Shown: in pieces, positions 24,466 to 37,724 of the stretch | Layout: the number at the start of each line of letters is the position of its first letter | Numbering within the stretch: position 1 is the stretch's first letter | DNA from: Octopus vulgaris | Taxonomy: Eukaryota | NCBI GenBank assembly: GCA_951406725.2 | Contig: OX597829.1 | Span: 47,368,001-47,432,000 of the forward strand | Reading direction: 5' to 3' | Length of the DNA stretch: 64,000 bases | Notes under the pieces: model-generated | Told to the model about the DNA's origin: nothing | Seen by the model: only the letters and a program-made list of their open reading frames with translations | The model's database searches: none | Made by a program: the position numbers and the translations under genes

Positions 24466-25643
24466 CTCCACCACCGCTCATGTCTCTTTGAGACATTTAG
24501 AAATTTAATATTTCTGAGATATATATATATATATATATATATCGAAATTGCATATCTAAGTTACGAGAAAACCACCCGGTGAGTAATATTTTCTCTCGTG
24601 TATATAAAAGTGCGTCTAATATGAGGGGACGTTTGGAAATAAACATGCCCCACATTATTAAATTGAATGTGTAAAACATAAGTTTACTTCAGTATGTGCT
24701 CTGGTTTATATATTTTCAATTTTATCTTTATATTTACCTGTAATTGGTAAGATATTGCTCTAAATCTGAGTGGACTTTGAGCCCGCTCGCTAATCACTTT
24801 GCTCGAACCAAGAACTTTCTGTTTCGTTGGTACAATTATTCGTGTGTTTGTGTGTGTGTGTGCGAAGTCAACTCTTTGCTTCATGTTTTATTTAGAAGGG
24901 CTCAAAAAAAAAAGAGAACATCATGTTTTTGTCTGCAAAATGAGGACAACGAGAAATAATCAATGAATTTAATAATATTCACAGGTGTATCAACATTGAT
25001 TTTTTTTTTCTGTCACTAGTCTCAAAACAAAGGTTTGCTACAAATTTGTTTAGTTTATAATAGCTTTATAATGTAAAATCTAGTACTACTCTGTGGACGT
25101 GAGGTTGGGACAACAATTACGTAAAAGGTAAATAAATACAAGGTCGAGGTTTTCATAACTGTTACACACACATACTGGCTTCGTTTTAAATTTAACCTAA
25201 ATTAAACTAAAGAAGAATTTACATGCACATATGTAGGACGTAGGAAAGACTAATTACATACACAACTAATTACTATTCAAAATTGGCCGAAATAAATAAC
25301 AAGTAAATTTCTGTAATAATATTTTTCTCAAATTAAATTTAGATGGAATTACTGTTCTGCAATTCTGTCCAATCATCAAGATGAAAAAAAAAAAAAAATG
25401 GAAATTAGCAAGTAAAATGGAAAGGGAACTTTTTCTGCCATTGAGTTTATTTATCATAGTTTGGAATTTGCAAAAGTGGGCGGGATTTTCGCAACTTTTG
25501 AATTGATTCGAGTTTTCGTTGCTCACCATTTTGTGTTGTTTATTTTCATTTTAATTCTTAGATTTTCGTCTGTTTATATTCCCAATTTTCATCTCTCTAC
25601 CCCTCCCCATCCACCTCTCTCACTCTCTGTACATGTATATACA

Positions 25644-25837
25644 CGAGGGACGCTGAAAAAGATCCTGGCTTTAAGGGTGTCTTCCGAGTTCTTTTACACG
25701 GTTTAGAAAATTGAAGGACCGCTGAAATAAGCGTGTAAATCTGAGAGGAATATGTTGAATAAAATTATAATCAACTGATCCTCCTATAATTTTTTATTTT
25801 TAACCAAGGCCAGGAATTTTAAAAAACCCCACTCTCA
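25644..25837 (+). mobile_element. Mariner-derived MITE retaining the transposase C-terminus
   Basis: cgaggg..ctgaaaaagatcctggc / gccaggaatttt ends; internal GLEKLKDR*NKRVNLRG-YVE* resembles the mariner C-terminal RWxKCVxxxGxYVE. Confidence 0.7.
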
Positions 25838-25846
25838 TATATATGC

Positions 25847-25902
<56 letters not shown>

Positions 25903-26391
25903 CTTTGCAGTTCTTAGACAATATCTTCGATGTATTTGGCTCAATTTTCTCATAAAACAGGTTTCATCATGTAGGAAGCAGAACAATCCTGAATTTACAA
26001 CAAATTATCCTTCTCAGTTAAGTAGGGGCTCTGTCACTCTCAGGTGGTCTTATGGTGTACTCGTTCACCATCACGACTATTTCTTTCCTCCCACAATTGC
26101 TACATTGTTATAAATACACCGTTGAGTTCATCCGTCTTTTTTTTGACAAGTATTGTTGTGTATCCTATCTGGTTTCTCGCAAACTTCCCAACAGGCAAGT
26201 CTGATAGGAGAAGCTAATTTTAGTCACCGATAACCCGACCATGCAACACGTTGTACAGAATAACGTGAGTGACCTGATACATATTATACTCGTATGTATA
26301 TGCGTACACGCATGCGCGTGTGTAAAATTTTCGCTGAAATCAGGCTTTTGCTTCTCTCACCAAAACTGCTGTGGTAAAAAAAAATGTCGGT

Positions 26392-26592
26392 TTTTGTGTC
26401 TGTGTTTGTCTCTCACAACCGGTGTTGGTGTGTTTACGTCCTCATAATTTAAGCGGTTCGGCAAAAGAAACCGATAGAATATGTACCAGACTTAGTATAA
26501 CATTAAATACTTGGTTGATTCATTCGACTAAAAATTCTTCAAGACGATGCCCCAGCTTGGTCGCAGTCTAATGACTGAAACAAGCAAGATGC
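26392..26592 (+). mobile_element. SINE-A 3' half
   Basis: gcggttcggcaaaaga, cgcagtctaatgactgaaacaag. Confidence 0.75.
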
Positions 26593-26601
26593 TAAAGGAT
26601 A

Positions 26602-26656
<55 letters not shown>

Positions 26657-26789
26657 CTTACGAAAGCTGAAAATTTGCAGTCTGCTTCTGCTCTTGTGAC
26701 TCGTATAAAACTGAAAAAATAAAATAAAACAACTTTTATTTAATTTCAGGCTTTAATAACTAAAATTAACATTTTTTTTGCAATTAAAG

Positions 26790-27760
26790 GTACTAAACCT
26801 GAAAATTTACGAGAAAGGGACCAATCGATTACACCGACGCCAGTGCTCAGCTCGCATCTATTTTATCGATCCTGAAACGACGAAATGCAAAGTCAACAAA
26901 TTCCGCTGAGGTCGACTTTGGAAGTCGGTGAGCTTAGCAGAAACATCAGCACGCCGAATAAAATGTTTAGCAGCATTTCTTTCGGTTCATTATGTCCTGA
27001 ATTCAAATATTGCCGTGTTCGAATTTCCTTTTCATCCTTTCGGTGTCGATAAAGTAAGCACCGTTTTAGTACTGGGGTCGATATAACCCAAAAATTGTTG
27101 GCCTGGTGCCAAAATTTGAAACCATCATTATTATTAGGACGACGTTCTGGCAGAATCGTTAGCACGCCAGACAAAATGCTTAGCGGTATTTCGTCTGCCG
27201 CTACGTACTGAGTTCAAATTCCGCCCAGGTCGACTTTGCCTTTAATCCTTTCGGGGTCGATAAATTAAGAACCAGTTACGCACTGGGGTCGATGTAATCG
27301 ACTTAATACCTATGTCTGTCCTTGTTTGTCCCCTCTGTGTTTAGCCCCTTGTGGGTAGTAAAGAAATAGGTATTTCGTCTGTCTTCCCGTTCAAACGCCG
27401 CCGAGGTCGACTTTGCCTTTCATCGTTTCGGGGCTCGTAAGAAAAAGTACCAGTAAGTCGATGTAATCGACTTACTCACTCCTCCAAAATTTCATGCCTT
27501 GTGCCAATACTTGAAAGTATTATAATTGTTGTTGTTGTTGTTGTTGCTATGAAGGTGGTAAGCTTGGCAGAATCGTTAGGACGCCAGAAAAAATGCTTAG
27601 CGGCATTTCGACTGCCTTGTCGTTCTGAATTTAAATTGCGCCGAGGTCGACTTTGCGTTTCATGCTTTCCAATTACCAGTTCGCACCTGGGTCGATGTGA
27701 TCCATTTGTCCCTCCTGCCAAATTTCAGGCCTTGTTTCTCTAGTCTTAGAAGGGATTGTT
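26790..27760. mobile_element. Cluster of SINE-B copies: 26790-26915 (-), 26926-27125 (+), nested pair 27146-27520 (+), 27553-27760 (+)
   Basis: Repeated head and body motifs separated by ATT/GTT tails; junction at 27369. Confidence 0.82.
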
Positions 27761-28005
27761 GTTGTTATTATTATTATTAGAACTATATATACATATCAGA
27801 ACTTACGCGTTGATATATTCATACGCACGTGTTGGGAGCCGGAAGTAGGGCGCTTTTAAACAAACTGTTTATCGAATATCACTCACAAGGCAATGGTTAA
27901 CCTGGGGCTATATCGGAAGACATTTGCCCATTATGAAATGAGATCGACTTCGGAATCACGTGTTTCGCCTTTACTCTACCATTTCTCCCTTTATTTTTTG
28001 TAGGG

Positions 28006-28043
<38 letters not shown>

Positions 28044-28767
28044 TTCTTATTTTTCGTTATTCTGTCCTCCCCCTTTTACCTATCTGCGACGCCACCGACC
28101 GACTCCAACGTATCTTTTCTTTTCCCCCCCACCATTTTCTTCTTCTTCTAATTTTCCTCTTTGCTTCTTTTCTTTGTCCGTTTTTTTTTTTTCACATTAT
28201 ACTTATTTTGTTCTCCCCCCCCCTCCCAGAGGTCACTACCTGACCTAAGAGGTCGTTAAAGTATATTAGATTTGTCAGGTTTCCGTCTAGGTTTCTCAGT
28301 TATTCGAGTATTCTCGTCTTTTTTTCCATGTGTATAGCTTTTGTTCGTATGTCTGTTATGTTATTGACAGTGTCCTTTCAAATGTGTGCATTCCCTTAGA
28401 TCTTTGCCTTGCACCGTGTTGTTATTGTTGTTGCTGTAATGTTTAACAGTCAGGCTAGTGAAATAGATATTGGCTTCTTTCTTGATCGCGAGTTTGCATT
28501 TCGGTCATTTACTTTGTATTCAATTGTCCAAATACTTACAATTTTCTCGATTAAAGCTAATTATTTTTTTTTCTTGTAAATTTCCTTTTAAAGTTTTCTT
28601 CTAAAACATTTTATATTTTTCATTCATAACTCGTTTAAAAATACATAAAATTGTTTTACGTCCAGTCTTAATTTAATTACTATAAAGTCATCTAAATTCT
28701 TTTCCATGTTAAATTTCTTCCCCACCCCACCCCACCCCACCCCACCCTTTACTGTGTTTAATTATCC

Positions 28768-29002
28768 GTTTCTTTATTACCCACAAGGGGCTAAAAACAC
28801 AGAGGGGACAAACAAGGACAGACAAACGGATGATTAAGTCGATTACATCGACCCCAGAGCGTAACTGGTACTGAATTTATCGACCCCGAAAGGATGAAAG
28901 GCAAAGTCGACCTGGGCGGAATTTGAACTCAGAACGTAACGGCAGACGAAATACGGCTACGCATTTCGCCCGGCGTGCTAACGATTCTGCCAACTCGCCG
29001 CC
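28768..29002 (-). mobile_element. SINE-B full length
   Basis: Flanked by tgtttaattatc repeats (TSD-like, duplicated on the right). Confidence 0.9.
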
Positions 29003-29462
29003 ATCTTTGTTTAATTATCGACTGTGTTTAATTATCGACGCCAACCTTCAGTTTAACATTCCAAAGAAGGTTAAAGATCAAATGAATACCTGTAATATAC
29101 CGAAAGAAGCAGATTCAGTCCCACGATCTCTTCCTAACAAAAAAGCATTTCAGATTTGACTTCCACGTTATTAAAACATTTGTTTATTTTATTTACCCAC
29201 CCATGCACACACACTTCTATTCTTCGCCACTGGAGTAATCCTTCATCCAGCAGAAGCCAATTGATACCAGTAATTTACTCATCGTTTCACTTTGTAAACT
29301 GATCTTGTTTGGAAGATGCGATAAAATCGTATTCGTTTTATCGGAATAGACTGACGCCAAATCTCACTTAATCCTGATCAGGGTGGTGGTGGTGGTGGTG
29401 ATATTCCATTAGTACCAGACCTGAACTACCTCACTTTCCCTATCTCTCTCCACATCCTACCT

Positions 29463-29607
29463 CTACATACATACATACATACATACATACACACATACAC
29501 ACATACAGACACACACAGACACACACAGACACACAGACACACACAGACACACAGACACACACAGACACACAGACACACACAGACACACACAGACACACAG
29601 ACACACA

Positions 29608-29648
<41 letters not shown>

Positions 29649-30230
29649 ACAGACACACAGACACACATACAGACATACAGACACACAGACACACATACAG
29701 ACACACATACAGACATACAGACACACATACAGACATACAGACACACATACAGACATACAGACACACATACAGACATACAGACACACAGACAGACATACAG
29801 ACACACAGACAGACAGACACACACATACAGACATACAGACACACATACAGACATACAGACACACACACAGACAGACAGACACACACACAGACAGACAGAC
29901 ACACACAGACAGACAGACAGACACACAGACAGACAGACACACACACAGACAGACAGACACACACACAGACAGACAGACACACACACAGACACACACACAC
30001 ACACAGACACAGACACACACACACACACACACAGACACACACACACACACATACACATACAGACACACACACACACATACACACACACACACACACACAC
30101 ATACAGACACACACACACACATACACACACACACACACACATACACATACATACACACACACATACACATACATACACACACACATACACATACATACAC
30201 ACACATACATACATACATACATACACACAT
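29463..30230. repeat. Long compound CA/CAGA/CATA microsatellite (~770 bp)
   Basis: Read directly; source of the 262-308 aa C/V-rich pseudo-ORFs. Confidence 0.97.
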
Positions 30231-30749
30231 ATCATTAAACAATGCGCTTTTAGTATGAGCAATAAACACATGGAAAAGAAAATGGATGCGCGACTGAGAT
30301 AGGGAGAACAGGATTGTTTACAGAGTAATCCAATGTTTTGACCATTCTTCAAGGGGTTACTTCTTTATGATTTTATTTCTATTTAGTTTTTATTTAATTT
30401 TATCTTTATTCGTTTTTTTTTTTACTTATACATTTTTCGTTCGCGCAAAAACCATTAAAAAAAAAAAATTAAAAGGACCCTTTTAAACATCTTGACATCA
30501 TACCATGTATGGCACCATATCAAAGAATCACAACAGACTATCTCTTTTAAGGCTCAGAGAAATATCCTTACTCTTATCTGTGGCCATCTTTTTCGGTTCA
30601 AGATATTTATTTGTATGAAAAAGATCATATCAAGGTAGTTCAGTCGAAGGATAGTGTTTAGACATTGAAACTGAGAGGAGCAGGATGTAGGTTTTAGTTT
30701 TTTTTTTTTTAAATTAGGATGTAGGTTTTAGTTGGTTTTTTTTAAAATT

Positions 30750-31168
30750 ACTCTTACTCTTTTTTACTCTTTTACTTGTTTCAGTCATTTGACTGCGGCC
30801 ATGCTGGATCACCGCCTTTAATCGAGCAACTCGACCCCGGGACTTATTCTTTTTGTAAGCCCAGTACTTACTCTATCGGTCTCTTTTTGCCGAACCGCTA
30901 AGTAACGGGGACATAAACACGCCAGCATTGGTTGTCAAGCAATGCTAGGGGGACAAACACAGACACACAAACACACACACGCATACATACATATATATAT
31001 ATATACATATATACGACGGGCTTCTTTCAGTTTCCGTCTACCAGATCCACTCACAAGGCTTTGATCGGGCCGAGACTATAGTAGAAGACACTTGCCCAAG
31101 GTGCCACGCGGTGGGACTGAACCCGGAACCATGTGGTTGGTAAACAAGCTACTTACCACACAGCCACT
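30750..31168 (-). mobile_element. SINE-A near full length
   Basis: Reverse copy, near consensus. Confidence 0.92.
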
Positions 31169-31684
31169 AATTTATTACATTAAACTTCTCTTACACACAT
31201 CAACATACAACACATACAGACATTACTTTTGTCTCGTTTAACCAGTTCTCTCGTCAATCTATGGACATTACAAAGTGATTTACGACTACCAGTTCAATCA
31301 CATTTCTTAAATATAAATATGAATAGCTTGGGTCTGTTAAATAAAACCCAGTGTTCATATTTTTAAAAAAATGGTTTTGTGCCATTTTATTGTAATTCAA
31401 AAAAGGGGTGAAGATGCTTCAAAAGCGCAGAACTAAAATTGTCTTGAAACATCTAGTCTGATATTAAGATTGGCTTCGTCTTTTGCATTCCCTTAATCGA
31501 TAAGATATCTATTACATTGTTTAACGAATCACATATTAAACTTGATCAACGTAGGGCTATCAAAATTTTCCGGTCAAAAATTCCGTCCTTTCTTTCTTAA
31601 AAAAAAATGTAACACTGTAATATTTAATATTAAGACGGTCTCAGATTGACTGCTATATCTAACACGCTGAGCAACAACTTGAGT

Positions 31685-31823
<139 letters not shown>

Positions 31824-31899
31824 TGACTTTTAGTGTACTGGGTCCCCTAAATTTCAGGCTTTGTGCTTATAGTAAAAACGATTATTATCATTATTATTA

Positions 31900-32110
31900 A
31901 GGTGGCGAACTGGCAGAATTGTTAGCACGCCAGGAAAAATGCTTAGCAATATTTCGCCTGTCATTCCGTTCTGAGTTCAAATTCCGCCGAGGTCGACTTT
32001 GTCTTTCATCCTTTCGGGGTCGATGAAATAAGTACCAGTTGAGTACTGAGGTCAACCTAATCGACCAAACCACTCCCCCCAAAATTTCAGGCTTTATGTC
32101 TATAGTAGAA
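31900..32110 (+). mobile_element. SINE-B (tail 2) with ATT/ATC tail
   Basis: ggtggcgaactggcagaa...cccccaaaatttcaggcttt. Confidence 0.88.
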
Positions 32111-32754
32111 ATTATTATTATTATCATCATCATCATCATTATTATTATTATTGTGGAAACCCGCAGAAGTAGTTTTCGTTGAAACTCTCCCTCGATGTAG
32201 TTTTAATTTGTTTTTGTGTATTGAGAAAATGCTCATTCCAGATACTTTGTATATACAATGGAAATACTTGAAGTCTAGTACAGCACTTCTTTGAATACCA
32301 CTCATCACTTTTCATTAACAACAATTTACCTTTTTTTAATGACATCTTAGGTTCTGTTAGTACGTATGCTAATATGGACATATGTATGTGTTTATAACAC
32401 ACACACACACACACACATACACATATACATATATACATATATACATATATATATAAGAACTTTTGTGTTCATTCATCCATCATGGTCTTTCATTGTTACT
32501 ATTACTGTTGTTATTGTTGTCATAGAAAAGGTGGGGGGGTTTCTTGCTTCTGTTGCGATTGTTATAACTGTAGTTGTCATCTGGCATCTGCCATAGAAAA
32601 ATAAGCCTTTAATTATTTGCTGTCATCAAGGTACAAGCAGCATGTCGTGGAAGCAGGTATTCCAAGAATGTGCCACATATCTATTTTAGAGGCTATGGTT
32701 GTAGTAGTGGTAGTGGTGGTGGTGGCGGCGATAGTATAGCAATGACAACAATTG

Positions 32755-33437
32755 TAAAGTGTTACGAATTTTTGACAGGAAGAAACCCAATTTGTCTGAA
32801 TTGAACCGAATATTTTACAGGTATTTTTGCTTTACTGATTATTCCCATTGGCAGTATGGAAAAGCCTGTTAAATCAAACCAATGTATATGATATTCGGGA
32901 ACTTCCCCCTCTAGAATTTCTAAATTTTCAAATAGACGCTTGAAATTTTCTAAGGTTTAAAATTGCGGTTGTTGGCGTGATGACAAATCGTTGTCTACTA
33001 ATATTCCCAGAGTATCGAGTTAGTTCGACAAGTTTAAAGTATCCTTTTCTAAACTTTCTGAGCACAAATGACAATGCCAGAGTATTGTTCCCGAATATCA
33101 TAAAGTGTTACGAATTTTTGACAGGAAGAAACCCAATTTGTCTGAATTGAACCGAATATTTTACAGGTATTTTTGCTTTACTGATTATTCCCATTGGCAG
33201 TATAGAAAAGCCTGTTAAATTAAACCAATGTAATATGATATTCGGGAACAATATCATATTGGCATTGTCATTTGTGCTCAGAAAGTTTAGAAAAGGATAC
33301 TTTAAACTTGTCGAACTAACCTCGATACTCTGGGAGTATTAGCAGACAACGATTTGTCGTCACGCCAACAACCGCAATTTTAAACCTTAGAAAATTTCAA
33401 GCGTCTATTTGAAAATTTAGAAATTCTAGAGGGGGAA
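32755..33437. repeat. A-B'-A-B duplication/inversion
   Basis: Direct repeat 32755-32902 / 33101-33249; inverted repeat 32903-33102 / 33234-33437; a few substitutions between copies. Confidence 0.93.
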
Positions 33438-33554
33438 ATCAAGTTGAGAAATTATCATTATTCATCCCTATTTTGGCTAGTTGTACTAATTTTAAGCATC
33501 TTTAAAAATCAACATAACGCTGTTAACTTTTACAAGACTGCTATTTTCTTATAA
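33101..33554 (+). pseudogene. Decayed C-terminal half of an A32-like (FtsK-HerA) viral DNA-packaging ATPase
   Basis: Frameshift-tolerant read: QVFLL/TDYS/IGSIEKPVKLNQCNMIFG[R]QYHIGIVICAQKV*KRIL*TCRTNLDTLGVLADNDLSSRQQPQF*TLENFKRLFE...NAVNFYKT; collinear with A32 motifs (Walker B, GRH-hhhh-Q, RTNxD, F/WYK). Confidence 0.55.
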
Positions 33555-33681
33555 GTAGGAGTTGTAAATCGAAATGGGGAAGCTGAAAAGATTTTAGGTG
33601 TATTGTAATTCACTTGAAGCATTGCAATTTGTATAAATATAATGGAAAAGAAAAATACTTTTGAATTATGCAGATGAGAAT

Positions 33682-34029
33682 TTAGGCAAAATATATGCCA
33701 ATAACTGGAAACAAAATATATTGTATTACTTTACATAGGCCGTTACATGTTATATTTCGGGAAAGGTTCTCCTTTTCAAATATTTTTTTAAAAATCGGAG
33801 AATATAGGATCTTTAAACAATTATGTAAGCTAAGGAAATTATATATTTCCCCTTTGTTTTCATTTGGTGACATCACTTTGTATATTTTACCTGACTTCTC
33901 AACTGCATTGCGCAAAGACATTTTTCTTCCGAACATATCGTATTTTTTAAAAATAGGTGTTGAATAGTAATCTAATAATAATTTTCCCTCACCCCATTTT
34001 GTATTGGCATATCGAAAATTAATAATCAC
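33682..34029 (-). other. 115-codon K/N/I/Y-rich open frame convergent with the ATPase relic; possibly a second viral gene remnant
   Basis: Long ORF not explained by microsatellite or SINE; no motif recognised. Confidence 0.25.
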
Positions 34030-34403
34030 TCTTTGCCGAACTGCACTATTATCCTAGTAGATAGATGCAATTCACTCATAGCTGTGAATGAAAACATAAG
34101 TATTTTCTAAAAAAAAGAGTATATTGCAAGGCTGAGAAGTTCATCTTCATTGTAGAACAATCTAGAAAAAAACAACGTATGTGGTGTGATACTAGCGTAC
34201 AAACGATGTACCTACTGTTTTCTAAAACTGATCTTGATTTGATGCGTTCAGTTAGATCTACGTACTATCACACAAATGAAAGAATGATATTGCTCCAACG
34301 TGGTTATTCGACATGCTAAGCATAGTAATCAAATCTTCAAATCGAACTTTGACCTTATAATCAGCTTGATCGTAGTCGAGTTGGCTAAACATGAGCATAT
34401 GCG

Positions 34404-34455
<52 letters not shown>

Positions 34456-34547
34456 TTCTCTCTCTCTCTCTCTCTTACATTCTCTCTCTCTCTCTCTCTC
34501 ATACACACACAAACACATACACACGCACACACACAGTTCTGGTTTAA

Positions 34548-34770
34548 CCCTTTCGTTACCAACCCGACTGAAACCGCCTCTGGCTCTGTAGTACAACTGT
34601 CTTGTTTTCAAAAGTTCTGAATTAAAATCTTCCACCAAACCTTAGTCACAATTTATGTTCCTAACACTAGCTTAATGATAACCAAGTTATTTTACTAAAT
34701 TCTTTGTTATATTTAAAAATTAATTGTAAGAAACACAGAGCATCTCAACAGAAATATGGTAACAAAAGGG
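34548..34770. mobile_element. piggyBac-type MITE
   Basis: TTAA on both sides (34544-34547, 34771-34774); TIR ccctttcgttacc / ggtaacaaaaggg. Confidence 0.85.
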
Positions 34771-35489
34771 TTAAGATTAATATCAGTTACATACTAGGTA
34801 GATTCAAACAATACTTAGAAAACAATACGAGAACCTGACCAAAAGAAATACAAAGCTCTTGCGTTTCTGAAAAGCTGGATAATACGATCGAGGCTATAAA
34901 TATGAATTATTCAGGTCACTATTTTGAAGATTTGGTTAATTTCTAGTGGTTTACAACTGAAATATGGTGACAAAAGGGTTAAACCCCCGATCAACTTTGA
35001 CTGAGCAGACATGACGAAAGACGGCTCAACCAGAATAACTTAATTTCGTTTCACTTTTTCAGAGATTGCGTTCATCAGACCGTTATGTTCTCCACCATCG
35101 TTCTTTATTTTACTTTTTTTTTTATTTCTTCATTTATTTTGCTTTAGACAATAAGGATAAGGTTTGAGGTTTATTTAATTGTTATTTCTAGCACGAATAA
35201 CTACATAGCAGTTTCACATTGAGCTTTTTTGTAATAGTGGGTAACAATGAGTAAGACTGTGAATCACATGAAAGAAGAAAAAAGAAAGAAAGAAAGCAAA
35301 TGACAGACAGATGTGACAGGTTTAGATTGACGGTTGAACAGATCGATATTTGGTGGAGCGTGTGTACTGAGGATAAACAACCAAAACCATGTGATGGACT
35401 GACAGACTTACTGACCGGCAAACAAGAGAGGCAATGCCAACTGACACTTCAATCACAATATGCATACACATACGTTATACACGATGATA

Positions 35490-35927
35490 CGTGTCTGTGT
35501 GTGCGTGTGTGTATATATGTATATGTGTGTGTGTGTGTGTATGTGTGTATATATATATGTGTGTGTATATATGCGTGTGTGTGTGTATATGTGTGTGTGT
35601 ATATGTGTGTATGTATATATATATATATATGTGTGTGTGTATGTGTGTGTGTGTGTATATGTGTGTGTGCGTGTGTGTATATATATATGTGCGTGTGTGT
35701 ATATATATGTGTGCGTGTGTGTATATATATGTGTGCGTGTGTGTATATATATGTGTGTGTGTGTATATATATGTGTGTGTGTATATGTGTGTGTGTATAT
35801 ATATATATGTGTGTGTGTGTATATATATGTGTGTGTGTGTATATATATATGTGTGTGTGTGTGTATATATATATGTGTGTGTGTATATATATGTGTGTGT
35901 GTGTATATATATATGTGTGTGTGTATA

Positions 35928-35974
<47 letters not shown>

Positions 35975-36130
35975 ATTTGTGAATGTGTATATGTGTGTGT
36001 ATTTGTGAATGTGTATATGTGTGTGTATTTGTGGATGTGTATATATGTGTGTGTGCGTGTGTGTATTTGTGGATGTGTATATGTGTGTGTGTGTGTGTGT
36101 GTATGTCGAAATATTGCGTGTATGTATATA
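35490..36130. repeat. Long compound (TG)n/(TA)n microsatellite
   Basis: Read directly. Confidence 0.97.
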
Positions 36131-36630
36131 TGCATGCATGCATGTATAGTGGGGTGTGTATGTGTGAGTAAACGTTTACGTGTGTGTGTATTTATACAGG
36201 CACTACATATAGGTACAGCAACGGGAAGCATTCCCGCTATCCGGGCATTATTTGCTGTCAGTGATGTAAGCGTCTTAGCTTAGCTCGGTATCTTCAGCAA
36301 ACGACTATCACAAGAGATTAAAATAGACCGGCTCCTTCCTATCCTTTATCTCCTCCCTCTCTGTCCCTTTTCCCATCGCGCTCTCCCTTTTTCTCTCTCG
36401 CGCGCTCTCCATTTCTTCCTCTTTCTTCCTTCATTTCTCTCTCTCCATTTTCCCCTTTTCCCCTCTGTCTCTCAACTCTCTCCTTTTCCCCCCGCTACTC
36501 TAACATGTTTCTTTGTTTTATTACAGTAGTTTATTCGTTTTTCCTTTATCCTCTTCTTTCGTTTTCTACACACAAAACACCGAGGCCTTTCGCGACACCC
36601 TTAAAGCCAAGCACTTTCAATACCCCTTCG

Positions 36631-36702
<72 letters not shown>

Positions 36703-36707
<5 letters not shown>

Positions 36708-36922
36708 AGGTACTGAAAAGTTCTTGACTTTGGATAAAAGAATATACAGGACGATCAGTTAATTAATGACTTTAATTAACATATTCCCCTCTCAGGTTCA
36801 CATACTTATTGCAGAGTGTCCTTCAGTTTTTCTAAGCCCTGTAAAATGAACCCGTAAAATTGGGCCTCCAATCTGGTCTTTCGCGACACCCTTAAAGCCA
36901 GGAACTTTCCAGCTCCCTTTCG
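36703..36922 (-). mobile_element. Mariner-derived MITE, same family as 25644; extra terminal fragment at 36583-36631
   Basis: aacatattcccctctcag (reverse of transposase end) and gacacccttaaagccaggaactttcc...cg followed by TA. Confidence 0.7.
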
Positions 36923-37140
36923 TATAACCTTTACAGTTCTACAAAACTGATATCACCTATGTTCGTTACCTAAACAAATTCAGGTCAAAATGCTTCTGCT
37001 TGCCCCAGCAAACTCCCTACTTGTGGTATTATTGATTTTGTTTCAGCCGAAATCGACTCTAATTACGCAGACAAAGCATCAAAACGGCTCGGTCATAACC
37101 ATTCGGATTTTTTGCTAATTAATGCATTAACACTATATAT

Positions 37141-37364
37141 ATTTCTTTATTGCCCACAAGGGGCTAAACATAGAGGAGACAAACAAGGACAGACAAAGGG
37201 ATTAAGTCGATTACATCGACTCCAGTGTGTAACTGGTACTTAATTTATCGACCCCGAAAGGATGAAAGGCAAAGTCGACCTCGGCGGAATTTGAACTCAG
37301 AACGTAACGCAGACGAAATACCGCTAAGCATTTCGCCCGGCGCGCTAACGTTTCTGCCAGCTCG
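37141..37364 (-). mobile_element. SINE-B
   Basis: Near-consensus reverse copy. Confidence 0.92.
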
Positions 37365-37512
37365 ATATAATCCGAGAAAATGATGTAGCGGGGCTTTCCT
37401 TTTTTTTCTTTCTTTTTGTAGTTTGGGCCCACCTGGCAACGATACATGACTTGTGCAGCGTAATATGGCGACCCATAAACTAAATACAGAAATTACATAC
37501 ATAATATAGTCG

Positions 37513-37679
37513 CAGGCATGATTATGTGGTTAAGAATCGGTTTCGCAACCACTGGTTTTGGGTTCCGTCTCCCTTCGTGACATTTTGAACCAGTGTCTTT
37601 TACTATAAATCCAAACCAACCAATGCCTTAGAAGAGAATTTCGTAGACGGAAACTTAAGTGGAAACCACTTCCGCGCGC

Positions 37680-37724
<45 letters not shown>

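Noticed and set aside
29426-30352. 262-308 aa Cys/Val-rich ORFs
   Set aside because: Translation of a CA/CAGA microsatellite; open in several frames
35300-36283. 327-aa ORF and overlapping His/Thr-rich ORFs
   Set aside because: TG/TA microsatellite read-through
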